Of a DNA stretch of 16,259 nt, positions 1 through 8,264 are shown piece after piece (position 1 is the stretch's first letter; every line of letters starts with the position of its first letter). The stretch is from UHGV virus genome UHGV-2113578. One strand, 5' to 3'. Under the pieces are notes generated by a model. That model searched no databases. It had not been told where the DNA came from and was given only the letters and a program-made list of their open reading frames with translations. A program made the position numbers and the translations under genes. The DNA comes from a virus.

Positions 1-14
1 TAAAACGTTTTTCA

Positions 15-665
15 TCAGCGACCAATCACCACAACCTGACCACCATCACCTTCATCTGCCGTGCTGATCTCCTGAGATACCACCCGCGACCCCACACGCA
101 TTTCACCGTACAGAACGGGCAGGACATTGCCCTGGGCAACCATATTATCCAGTGAAGAAAAATAGGTGTTCTGTTTGCCGTTATCCGTTGTCTGTGTGCG
201 GGGGGTTTTGGGTTTAGGGGCCAGCATCTGTGCAACACCGCCAAGCGTCATACTGGCACCGAGAGAAAACAGCAGATTACTCGCCATAATTCCTACCCCC
301 GGCATCCATATAGCAACCGCCATAACAGCCGCCCCCAGCACAGCCTGAAACACACCGCCACTTTTGGCTCCTGCCAGACGCGGCACGATATGGATCACAG
401 CACCATTTGCCAGCGGTTCATTAAGACGGGCTGATAATTCCGTTTCACCTGTATCACGCCCGGCAATGCGTACCTGATACCAGCCGTCGCTCAGCTTCTG
501 ACGAAACGCCGGGAGCTGTGTGGCCAGTGCCCGGATGGCTTCAGCCCCCGTTTTCACACGAAGGTCGATGCGGCGACCAAATCGTTGTAAATCCCCGTAA
601 AGGCAGATGCGTGCCATGCCCGGTGACGCCANNNNNNNNNNNNNNNNNNNNNNNNNNNNNNNNNN
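15..665 (-). CDS. I: Tail tip assembly protein I (gpI-like); C-terminal portion and stop present, start codon lies inside or next to the N gap at 632-665
   Basis: Translation after the gap (ASPGMARICLYGDLQRFGRRIDLRVKTGAEAIRALATQLP ... GDGGQVVVIGR) matches lambda gpI as I recall it. Stop TGA at 15-17. Gene order K-I as in lambda. Confidence 0.85.
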   Translation of the reverse strand, partial: XXXXXXXXXXXXASPGMARICLYGDLQRFGRRIDLRVKTGAEAIRALATQLPAFRQKLSDGWYQVRIAGRDTGETELSARLNEPLANGAVIHIVPRLAGAKSGGVFQAVLGAAVMAVAIWMPGVGIMASNLLFSLGASMTLGGVAQMLAPKPKTPRTQTTDNGKQNTYFSSLDNMVAQGNVLPVLYGEMRVGSRVVSQEISTADEGDGGQVVVIGR

Positions 666-1301
666 GGTGTACCTCTCTCGTTTGCTCAGTTGTTCAGGAA
701 TATGGTGCAGCAGCTCGCCGTCGCCGCAGTAAATTGCGGCGTGATTCGGCACCGATGAACCAAAACAGCACAGCAGCACATCGCCCGGCTGTGCCGCTGA
801 CAACGGCACCTGATACAGCCCCGTCGCCTCCAGATTATCCAGATAGAGATTCTGGCCGTTACGCCACCAGTCATCCTCACGATGAAAGTCCGGCATCTCA
901 ATCCCCGCCAGATGATAAGCATCCCGGAACAGTGTGTAACAGTCCGTCACACCGTGCTCAAAGCGCCGCCCGGTGAGATGCGGCACACAGCGGAACTTAT
1001 GAATCGTCCCCCGGCAGACCAGCCACCACGGCAAATCACTCTGCACCTGCAGCCGCCGGTCGGCCTCACTCAGCCAGGGCAGACCACCGGGGTGGCTGTG
1101 GACCAGCGCCACCACCTCACCCTGCATTTCTGCCTGCAGCCAGTCTTCCGGCGACATACGGAAATACGCCTCCGGCTCACCGGAGATATTCACGCAGGGG
1201 AAATATCTTTCCCCCTCCGGCGTGCTTACCACGAAGCCGCACGACTCCGCTGGCGCACATCGCCGGGCGTGCGCCAGAATCGCTGATTCTGTCTGTGTCA
1301 T
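554..1301 (-). CDS. K: Tail tip assembly protein K (gpK-like) with JAMM/MPN and NlpC/P60-like motifs; interrupted by the N gap, so the true length is uncertain
   Basis: ATG at 1299-1301, 5 nt after the L stop. N-terminal MTQTESAILAHARRC, H-x-H-x7-S-x2-D motif (HSHPGGLPWLSEAD), Cys and His region (GVTDCYTLF ... HAAIY). After the gap a different frame reads WRHRAWHASAFTGIYNDLVAASTFV then TGA at 554-556, giving the expected K/I frame overlap. Confidence 0.85.
632..665. other. Assembly gap (34 N)
   Basis: Run of n characters in the sequence; it falls inside the K/I overlap region. Confidence 1.
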
Positions 1302-1306
1302 GGGAT

Positions 1307-1999
1307 TTACTGCGAAAGTTTGTTAATGGAAAGGAAGCCGCCAAAGTTGCCGACGTTATTGCGGAACTTACAACCGCTCAGGCATTTGCTGCATTTATCC
1401 TTCGTGATATCGGACGTTGGCTGGTCATATTCATCCGCGACAGCCGGACCGCTATAACCGCACTCGTCACCGCGATAGGTCCAGGTGCAGGTGTTGGCCA
1501 GCATGATACGTCCCGGAAAAACAGCGCCATCCGTTTCCGTCGGCGTGGACAGTACAAAGGAGGCACTCACCGCGCTCAGTTCGCTGCACTGCTCAATGCG
1601 CCAGCGGCTGATCACCTCCTGCTCCGGATCGGCATAACTGTTGACGAAGTTCACCGCATCCAGAAAACGGGCGTAAACCTTACGCCGGACCACCGTTCCG
1701 CCGACCAGACTCTGCATATCTTCCGCCATCCCGGTGACCATACCGTACAGGTTAGAAACCGTCAGCGTGGGGCGCGTACTGGTGCCTTTGCCATTCAGTT
1801 CAAAACCGCTCCCCTGAATGGGATACGGCTGATACTGTCGCCCCTGCCAGGTGACCGGCTCACCTTTTTCGTTCTGCTCATTACAGAAAAAATAACGTTC
1901 TCCACCGACCTCTGTCAGGTCGATTTCCCAGAACACCACGCTGGCCGACTGCTCCGCACGGGTGCATTCATTCAGTGTTTCCTGCCGGATATCCTGCAT
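1307..1999 (-). CDS. L: Minor tail protein L (gpL-like), with a C-terminal cysteine cluster
   Basis: 230-aa ORF MQDIRQETLNECTRAEQSAS ... matching lambda gpL. Start ATG overlaps the M stop as TGATG at 1997-2001. Confidence 0.9.
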   Translation of the reverse strand: MQDIRQETLNECTRAEQSASVVFWEIDLTEVGGERYFFCNEQNEKGEPVTWQGRQYQPYPIQGSGFELNGKGTSTRPTLTVSNLYGMVTGMAEDMQSLVGGTVVRRKVYARFLDAVNFVNSYADPEQEVISRWRIEQCSELSAVSASFVLSTPTETDGAVFPGRIMLANTCTWTYRGDECGYSGPAVADEYDQPTSDITKDKCSKCLSGCKFRNNVGNFGGFLSINKLSQ

Positions 2000-2328
2000 C
2001 AGTTCACCACCTGTTCAAACTCTGCGCTGAACTCAACACGCAGCATACTGACCCGCGACGACCATTTTGCGCAGGTCACCTTTATCTGCCGCCACTCATA
2101 AGGCGGCGTCCACAGAAAGGATTTCCAGCCCCCGTGCTCTTCCAGAAACGACTCCAGTACCGTGGCCTCCTCACGGGGGACAGAAAGCGTCACGCTGTAT
2201 GTTTTCAGGTTGGCATTCAGCCCGGCAGGCGCTCGCTGGGAATAGCCATCACCAAAGCGCACCTTTCTTACAGAAGGGGCCGAAGCCACATCCATACCGG
2301 GTTTCACTTTCCAGCGGAAGGTTTTCAT
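1999..2328 (-). CDS. M: Minor tail protein M (gpM-like)
   Basis: 109-aa ORF MKTFRWKVKPGMDVASAPSVRKVRFGDGYSQRAP ...; same length as lambda gpM. ATGA overlap with the H stop. Confidence 0.9.
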   Translation of the reverse strand: MKTFRWKVKPGMDVASAPSVRKVRFGDGYSQRAPAGLNANLKTYSVTLSVPREEATVLESFLEEHGGWKSFLWTPPYEWRQIKVTCAKWSSRVSMLRVEFSAEFEQVVN

Positions 2329-4886
2329 CGTCCACCTCCGGAGAACAGGCCACCATCACGCATCTGTGTCTGAATTTCATCACGGGCACCCTTGCGGGCC
2401 ATGTCATACACCGCCTTCAGAGCAGCCGGACCTATCTGCCCGTTCGTGCCGTCGTTGTTAATCACCACATGGTTATTCTGCTCAAACGTCCCGGACGCCT
2501 GCGACCGGCTGTCAGCCAGACTGCCCGGTGTACCGACATAACCACCGGTGGCATAGCCGCGCATCAGCCGGTAGAGATTCCCCACGCCAATCCGGCTGGT
2601 TGCCTCCTTCGTGAAGACAAATTCACCACGGTGAACAATCCCCGCTGGCTCATATTTGCCGCCGGTTCCTGTGAATCCTCCGGTTGCAAAATGGAATTTC
2701 GCCGCAGCGGCCTGAATGGCTGTACCGCCTGACGCGGATGCGCCGCCACCAACAGCCCCGCCAATGGCGCTGCCGATACTCCCGACAATCCCCACCATTG
2801 CCTGCTTAAGCAGAATTTCTGTCATCATGGACAGCACGGAACGGGTGAAGCTGCGCCAGTTCTGCTCACTGCCGGTCAGCATCGCTGCCATATTCTGTGC
2901 AATACCATCAAAGGTCTGCGTGGCTGCACTTTTTACCTGCGACATACTGTCCGTGGCGCTCTCTTCCCACTCACTCCAGCCGGACTTCAGGCCTGCCATC
3001 CAGCTCCCGCGAAGCTGGTCTTCAGCCGCCCAGGTCTTTTTCTGCTCTGACATGACGTTATTCAGCGCCAGCGGATTATCGCCATACTGTTCCTTCAGGC
3101 GCTGTTCCGTGGCTTCCCGTTCTGCCTGCCGGTCAGTCAGCCCCCGGCTTTTCGCATCAATGGCGGCCCGTTTTGCCCGTTGCTGCTGTGCGAATTTATC
3201 CGCCTGCTGCGCCAGCGCGTTCAGGCGCTCCTGATACGTAACCTTGTCGCCAAGTGCAGCCAGCTGGCGTTTGTATTCCAGCGTCTCATCTTTATGCGCC
3301 AGCAGGGATTTCTCCTGTGCGGACAGCTGGCGACGTTGTGCCGCCTCCTCCAGTACCGCGAACTGACTTTCTGCCTTCCACAAATCCCGGCGCTGCTGGC
3401 TGATTTTCTCATTCGCTCCGGCATGCTTCTCCAGCGTCCGGAGTTCTGCCTGAAGCGTCAGCAGGGCAGCATGAGCACTGTCTTCCTGACGATCGCCCGC
3501 AGACACCTTCACGCCGGACTGTTTCGGCTTTTTCAGCGTCGCTTCATAATCCTTTTTCGCCGCCGCCATCAGCGTGTTGTAATCCGCCTGCAGGATTTTC
3601 CCGTCTTTCAGTGCCTTGTTCAGTTCTTCCTGACGGGCGGTATATTTCTCCAGCGGCGTCTGCAGCCGTTCGTAAGCCTTCTGCGCCTCTTCGGTATATT
3701 TCAGCCGTGACGCTTCGGTATCGCTCTGCTGCTGCGCATTTTTGTCCTGTTGAGTCTGCTGCTCAGCCTTCTTTCGGGCGGCTTCAAGCGCAAGACGGGC
3801 CTTTTCACGATCATCCCAGTAACGCGCCCGCGCTTCATCGTTAACAAAATAATCATCCTTGCGCAGATTCCAGATGTCGTCTGCTTTCTTAAACGCAGCC
3901 TCTGCCTTAATCAGCATCTCCTGCGCGGTATCAGGACGACCAATATCCAGCACCGCATCCCACATGGATTTGAAGGCCCGCGCAGTCCTGTCTGCCCAGG
4001 TCTCCAGCGTGCCCATGTTCTCTTTCAGGCGGCGGGTCTGGTCATCAAACCCTTTCGTTGCGGCCTCGTTCGCCGCCTGCAATGCCCCGGCTTCATCGCC
4101 GGAACGCTGCAACTGAGCAACATACGCAATCTGCTCCGCCGTCACGTTATGGAACTGGCGTGCCATCGCCGTCAGCCCCGACGTCGGGTCTGTGGTCAGC
4201 TTCCCGAAGGCTTCAGCGACCTTGTCCACCTCCACGCCGGATGCAGAGGAGAAACGCGCCACACTCTGGCTGATGGACGCAATCTGAGCCTCACCGCTTA
4301 CCCCCGCCTTAACCAGTGCGCTGAGTGACTCGCTGGTCTGGTTAAACGTCAGCCCTGCCGCCTGCCCGGCTCTGGACAGGACCAGCATACGATCTGCCGT
4401 CAGTCCCGCCTGATTGCCGGAAAGGACCAGCATTTTGTTGAAATCGGACAGGGTTGAGTTGCCCTGATACCAGGCATACGCCAGCGCACCGGTCGCCACC
4501 GCCAGCGAGGTGGCCCCCACCATCGGCAGGGTGATCGCACCGGCAAGCCCCCTGAACATGGGGATCATCCCGCCGAAGGAGTCCTTCACCTGCCCCCCCT
4601 GTTGCAGCAGGATCAGCCACGGACTTTGCCCGCCTGCAAGCTGCGTGGCCACGTCGGTGAACTGTGCAGGCAGCATACGCATGGCGGCTTTATACTGCCC
4701 GACGGAAATCCCCGCTTTCTGTGCAGCCAGCGCCTGTCGGCTCAGCGACTGTTCAACGACTGCCGCTGTTTTTTTCGCATCACTTTCCGTACCGGAAAAA
4801 TGACGCCTGACTCTGGCCATCTGCTCGTCAAATCTGGCCGCATCCAGACTCAAATCAACGACCAGATCGCCTACCGGTTCAGCCAT
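2325..4886 (-). CDS. H: Tail tape measure protein H (gpH-like), 853 aa
   Basis: 853-aa ORF, the same length as lambda gpH. N-terminal MAEPVGDLVVDLSLDAARFDEQ, long Ala/Gln/Glu/Lys/Arg-rich helical region, Gly-rich hydrophobic segment near the C-terminus. Strong SD (AGGAGGAG) upstream of the ATG at 4884-4886. Confidence 0.95.
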   Translation of the reverse strand: MAEPVGDLVVDLSLDAARFDEQMARVRRHFSGTESDAKKTAAVVEQSLSRQALAAQKAGISVGQYKAAMRMLPAQFTDVATQLAGGQSPWLILLQQGGQVKDSFGGMIPMFRGLAGAITLPMVGATSLAVATGALAYAWYQGNSTLSDFNKMLVLSGNQAGLTADRMLVLSRAGQAAGLTFNQTSESLSALVKAGVSGEAQIASISQSVARFSSASGVEVDKVAEAFGKLTTDPTSGLTAMARQFHNVTAEQIAYVAQLQRSGDEAGALQAANEAATKGFDDQTRRLKENMGTLETWADRTARAFKSMWDAVLDIGRPDTAQEMLIKAEAAFKKADDIWNLRKDDYFVNDEARARYWDDREKARLALEAARKKAEQQTQQDKNAQQQSDTEASRLKYTEEAQKAYERLQTPLEKYTARQEELNKALKDGKILQADYNTLMAAAKKDYEATLKKPKQSGVKVSAGDRQEDSAHAALLTLQAELRTLEKHAGANEKISQQRRDLWKAESQFAVLEEAAQRRQLSAQEKSLLAHKDETLEYKRQLAALGDKVTYQERLNALAQQADKFAQQQRAKRAAIDAKSRGLTDRQAEREATEQRLKEQYGDNPLALNNVMSEQKKTWAAEDQLRGSWMAGLKSGWSEWEESATDSMSQVKSAATQTFDGIAQNMAAMLTGSEQNWRSFTRSVLSMMTEILLKQAMVGIVGSIGSAIGGAVGGGASASGGTAIQAAAAKFHFATGGFTGTGGKYEPAGIVHRGEFVFTKEATSRIGVGNLYRLMRGYATGGYVGTPGSLADSRSQASGTFEQNNHVVINNDGTNGQIGPAALKAVYDMARKGARDEIQTQMRDGGLFSGGGR

Positions 4887-5717
4887 ACCGGACTCCTCCT
4901 GCGATCCCTTCTGATACTGTCATCAGCATTACGTCATCCTCCGTCATGTCCGCCACATCCGGGGAAGCGGGGATAACTTCATTCCCGTCCGGGCCAAAGC
5001 GGACGCCTCCGGCAAGCCCTGCCGCTTTCTGCATCAGCACATCATCTTCAGGCTCTTCGTCAGCCTCACGCCGGTTCAGCAGACTGAAATCCAGCGGATG
5101 CATATCCGGATCGCTGAAAAACAGGCTGAGCACGGTGTACGTCAGCCCGGAAAAGTGCATATCCAGCAGAACATCATGAAAATAATGGGTACTGTAAAAG
5201 CGGTGCCAGTCGGCATACTCCGTGGATGACATCCCGGCAAGCATGGCACGCCAGTCGGGTCGCCCCATCTCGCGCGCCAGTTTCAGGGCAAAACTCAGCT
5301 CACCGTCGAACACTTTCCCGCAGAAACAGGCTCTGCAGGCCCGGCGTCCTCTGCCTGTTCAGGGGCATCATTCACCACAAACTCATACATACCGGACAGC
5401 CGGTACACCACGTTTTCAGCATGAGAAATTGCCTCTGTAGGCCAGGTGGTAAGCACTTCCTGCTCAATCTGTTTAACGGCTTCATTCATGGAAGGCATCT
5501 GCGTCTTCTGCGGATGGTTATGCCACAGGGACATCGCCACCACACAAGCACCGGTTCTGATGGCGTCTTCCACAGTAAACTTCCGGTTGCTGTCTGACTC
5601 CGCCTGTTCTGCCTGCCGTTTCATCAGGGCGAGATGCTCAATACGCTGCAGGGCTGACAGTTCAGAAAGCGTGACGGTCACACCGTTATGTTCAAATGAT
5701 TCGGTTTTCAGGAACAT
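4879..5717 (-). CDS. G-T: Tail assembly chaperone G-T fusion, made by a -1 programmed ribosomal frameshift at GGGAAAG
   Basis: G frame ends at TGA 5295-5297. The -1 frame continues from the slippery heptamer as VFDGELSFALKLAREMGR ... to the stop at 4879-4881, reproducing the lambda G/T arrangement. Confidence 0.85.
5295..5717 (-). CDS. G: Tail assembly chaperone G (gpG-like)
   Basis: 140-aa ORF MFLKTESFEHNGVTVTLSELSALQRIEHLALMKRQ ..., ending ... PVSAGKCSTVS; sits between V and H as in lambda. Confidence 0.9.
   Translation of the reverse strand: MFLKTESFEHNGVTVTLSELSALQRIEHLALMKRQAEQAESDSNRKFTVEDAIRTGACVVAMSLWHNHPQKTQMPSMNEAVKQIEQEVLTTWPTEAISHAENVVYRLSGMYEFVVNDAPEQAEDAGPAEPVSAGKCSTVS
5313..5319 (-). 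promoter_or_regulatory. -1 frameshift slippery heptamer GGGAAAG for G to G-T
   Basis: Minus strand reads CTGCGGGAAAGTGTTCGACGG; the heptamer sits 6 codons before the G stop, and the T reading frame is open from here. Confidence 0.8.
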
Positions 5718-5732
5718 CGCTGACTCTCCGGA

Positions 5733-6473
5733 TTAACTGGCGGTGACGTTGATTTCTGCAACCGCAGCAAGTTCACCATTACCGGATACGACCGGAATGT
5801 TGACCTTGCCTGCAGCAACACCTTTCACGGTGATGGTCATACCACTGACCGACACGGTGGCTTTTGTTTTATCCGCTGACACCGCACGGAAGCTCTTGTC
5901 GGTTGCGCCTTCCGGCTGGAATGCCACGGTCAGCGTGGTGCTCTGCCCTTTCACCACCGAGGTGCTGGCAGGCGTCACGGTCATGCCGGTTGCCGCTGTG
6001 ACCGTGCTGTGATCTTCTGCCATCGACGGACGGCCCACATTGGTGACCTTCACCGTGCGGGTGATCACTTCCTTCGCCGTCACCGCCTTACCGATACTGC
6101 TGACCCAGCCGCGGAACACATCGACCGTGCCATTCGGGAAGCGGATTTTATAGGCTCGGGTATCCCCTTCATTAAACCACGCCAGCAGCGCCTGCTGCCC
6201 CTGCTCTCCGGGCATCCACGCCAGCGTGAAGCTGGTATCTCCGGCAGATTTCTGCCCCTGCCCGGTCGCAGTCCAGTCCGCATCTTCATCATCGAGATAG
6301 CTGTCGTCATAGGACTCAGCGGTCAGTTCGCCGGGCGTCAGGTCTTTAACTTTAGCCAGACGCGACCAGTCAACGTCTGAAAGCGGGTTCGCATAAGGGT
6401 CACCGTTCCCCTTATAAACCCACAGTGTGGTCCCGGCCCCTTTCACCGGCATTACTGGATTTGGTACAGGCAT
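5733..6473 (-). CDS. V: Major tail tube protein V (gpV-like) with a C-terminal Ig-like domain
   Basis: Start taken at ATG 6471-6473 ([22 protein letters not shown]), preceded by GAGGA. The ORF-track start at 6503 would overlap U and is probably an artefactual extension. The C-terminal approximately 90 aa are rich in T/V/S, as in the Ig-like domain. Confidence 0.9.
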   Translation of the reverse strand: MPVPNPVMPVKGAGTTLWVYKGNGDPYANPLSDVDWSRLAKVKDLTPGELTAESYDDSYLDDEDADWTATGQGQKSAGDTSFTLAWMPGEQGQQALLAWFNEGDTRAYKIRFPNGTVDVFRGWVSSIGKAVTAKEVITRTVKVTNVGRPSMAEDHSTVTAATGMTVTPASTSVVKGQSTTLTVAFQPEGATDKSFRAVSADKTKATVSVSGMTITVKGVAAGKVNIPVVSGNGELAAVAEINVTAS

Positions 6474-6480
6474 AGCGTCC

Positions 6481-6876
6481 TCACATTTCATAGGTAATGA
6501 CATAAGTCAGATCGGCTGAACTCCACAGGCCCGCATCATCGTCGCGTCGGTAGTCATAGCCACTGGCCACCATACTGGTGATCAACTCTGACAGTGCCGG
6601 GATATCGCTCATCACCGGATAAATCCGGGACTCCATCCACGAATCCAGCTCTGAATCCGGCACCTGAGCAGGCAGGAAAACTTCGATATGCAGCTCCGCC
6701 TGCCAGGTATCGCTGTCCAGCTCTTCGCCCGTGTATTCAGCGCCGGTGAGATAAACGGCAACTGCCGGAAAATCCGCCTCATCAAAAACAGCGGGGCGAC
6801 CATCAAAAAACGTCGCCCCGGTGTCATGCTTCTCCAGTGCATCCAGTACGGCTGCACGGAGTTCAGTATGTTTCAT
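6481..6876 (-). CDS. U: Tail terminator protein U (gpU-like)
   Basis: 131-aa [36 protein letters not shown] ...; same length as lambda gpU. ATGA overlap with the Z stop. Confidence 0.9.
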   Translation of the reverse strand: MKHTELRAAVLDALEKHDTGATFFDGRPAVFDEADFPAVAVYLTGAEYTGEELDSDTWQAELHIEVFLPAQVPDSELDSWMESRIYPVMSDIPALSELITSMVASGYDYRRDDDAGLWSSADLTYVITYEM

Positions 6877-7451
6877 CGCTTTATTACCATCCTCAGTTGA
6901 TACTGCAGCGCATAGCCCAGCTCTTTCGGAAGACGTTCACGCCGTATCCGCTCAATATTTTGTTTAAACGCCGTGGTCAGCGGCACCGCCATCGGGATTT
7001 TCACCACATCAATGGGGTAACGGTTTTTCCCGGCCACACGCTGCATAACATGCCACCGACCATTTTTCAGTTGCTGAATAAACGCGCCGGGAATACGACG
7101 GTTACCCACCACAAGCACGCTGCCGCCACCTTTCAGGGATGAACGCTGCCCCTTTTTACGACGCCTGCGGCGCGAAAGGACAACCCGCGCATTACCCAGC
7201 TTGATTACGGGCAAATCCCCCCGGTTAACCCTGATTCTGGCCTGCGGATTTTTGACCGTGGCCCTTTTCAGCCTGGCCCTTTCCTTTACCAGTTTCCGGC
7301 GTACCTTTGTCTCACGGGCAACCTGTGACACCGACTGCGATATCGCGGATGAAGCAACGCGGTTAATGGCCATTGCGGCGGCACCGGGCACCGCCGTTCT
7401 GCTGATACGGCTGAGGTTTTCAACGGCCTGCTCAAGACCTTTTATGGCCAT
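6873..7451 (-). CDS. Z: Tail completion protein Z (gpZ-like)
   Basis: 192-aa ORF MAIKGLEQAVENLSRISRTAVPGAAAMAINRVASSAISQ ...; same length as lambda gpZ; SD AAGGGGGA upstream. Confidence 0.9.
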   Translation of the reverse strand: MAIKGLEQAVENLSRISRTAVPGAAAMAINRVASSAISQSVSQVARETKVRRKLVKERARLKRATVKNPQARIRVNRGDLPVIKLGNARVVLSRRRRRKKGQRSSLKGGGSVLVVGNRRIPGAFIQQLKNGRWHVMQRVAGKNRYPIDVVKIPMAVPLTTAFKQNIERIRRERLPKELGYALQYQLRMVIKR

Positions 7452-7816
7452 ACATCCCCCTTCCAGCGGCGACGGTTAACGGCAGGCGGTACGCCCCGCC
7501 CAAGCCAGAGATGACAGCTTCCGCCATCATCCGGCGAAATCCGGTCTATCCAGAAGTTTTCCTCACCGATGGTCAGCGTGTCGCCGCGCCGCAGCTGCCG
7601 CACATCATCAGTCCGGACAAACAGGGACGGGCTGGAGCCTTCAACGCGCACGCCCTGTCCGGCATAGCTGATATTTTCAGGGTCATCAAAAACACCACGT
7701 ATCACAGCACCGGACTGCTCACCGGATGTCATGGTGGCTGACGTTCCCATGTACCCGCGTATCGTTTCATCGGCGCAGGCAATGGCAGCATCGAACAGGT
7801 TATCGAAATCAGCCAC
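7442..7816 (-). CDS. FII: Head-tail joining protein FII (gpFII-like), 124 aa, apparently 7 aa longer than reference lambda FII
   Basis: ORF MADFDNLFDAAIACADETIRGYMGTSATMTSGEQSGAVIRGV ... AVNRRRWKGDVWP, stop TAA at 7442-7444 overlapping the Z start. Confidence 0.85.
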   Translation of the reverse strand: MADFDNLFDAAIACADETIRGYMGTSATMTSGEQSGAVIRGVFDDPENISYAGQGVRVEGSSPSLFVRTDDVRQLRRGDTLTIGEENFWIDRISPDDGGSCHLWLGRGVPPAVNRRRWKGDVWP

Positions 7817-7827
7817 AGCGCCTCCCG

Positions 7828-8223
7828 TTATTGCATTCTGGCCAGGCCGCGCTCTGTCATTTCAGCTGCCACACCGGCAGAGACACGGAACGCCGTTCCC
7901 GGCAGCACAAATGCCACAGCCTCATCCCGCGTGGCGTGAAGTGCATCAGTATGCAGCGTCACCAGTGCCACAACCGTGACCAGATCAGCCGTATCAGTCA
8001 CGGTATCCGGCTGCGCTGATACAACCTCATTTTCATGTCCGGTCAGCGCATTTTCCGGGCTGACAGATGTGTCCTGACCGGCAGCGTCATCCGTGTCATC
8101 AAGCTCCTCTTCCAGCTCTGCCACACGGAGTGCCAGTTCTTCTTTCGTCCCCGTCAGGCTGACATCACGGTTCAGTTGCTCACCCAGCACCTGAAGACGG
8201 GCAATCAGTTCATCTTTCGTCAT
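7828..8223 (-). CDS. FI: DNA packaging / head assembly protein FI (gpFI-like)
   Basis: Start taken at the internal ATG giving MTKDELIARLQVLGEQLNRDVSLTGTKEELALRVAELEEELDD ..., which matches the lambda gpFI N-terminus and length (about 132 aa). The ORF-track start at 8262 is probably an upstream in-frame extension. Confidence 0.85.
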   Translation of the reverse strand: MTKDELIARLQVLGEQLNRDVSLTGTKEELALRVAELEEELDDTDDAAGQDTSVSPENALTGHENEVVSAQPDTVTDTADLVTVVALVTLHTDALHATRDEAVAFVLPGTAFRVSAGVAAEMTERGLARMQ

Positions 8224-8264
8224 AGACTCCTCCACAGAGAGAAAATGGCCCCGAAGGGCCATGA

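Noticed and set aside
1-15. ATG at 13-15 on the minus strand, just after the I stop, as a possible J start
   Set aside because: Only 5 codons are visible (MKNVL) and they do not match the lambda J N-terminus as I recall it. In lambda, J starts about 60 nt after I, which would be outside this window.
15-1301. Single 428-aa ORF spanning K and I in the ORF track
   Set aside because: It crosses the 34-N assembly gap; the frame continuity is an artefact of arbitrary gap length. Split into K and I.
1295-2732. Plus-strand ORFs of 268, 132 and 221 aa antisense to L, M and the H 3' end
   Set aside because: Same reasoning: they overlap confidently identified minus-strand genes and have compositions typical of antisense frames.
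2716-4328. Several plus-strand ORFs of 170-190 aa (2716-3234, 3180-3710, 3750-4328) inside the H region
   Set aside because: They are entirely antisense to the recognised 853-aa tape measure gene, have no SD-ATG context and have low-complexity Arg/Leu/Cys-rich translations typical of the wrong strand of a GC-rich gene.
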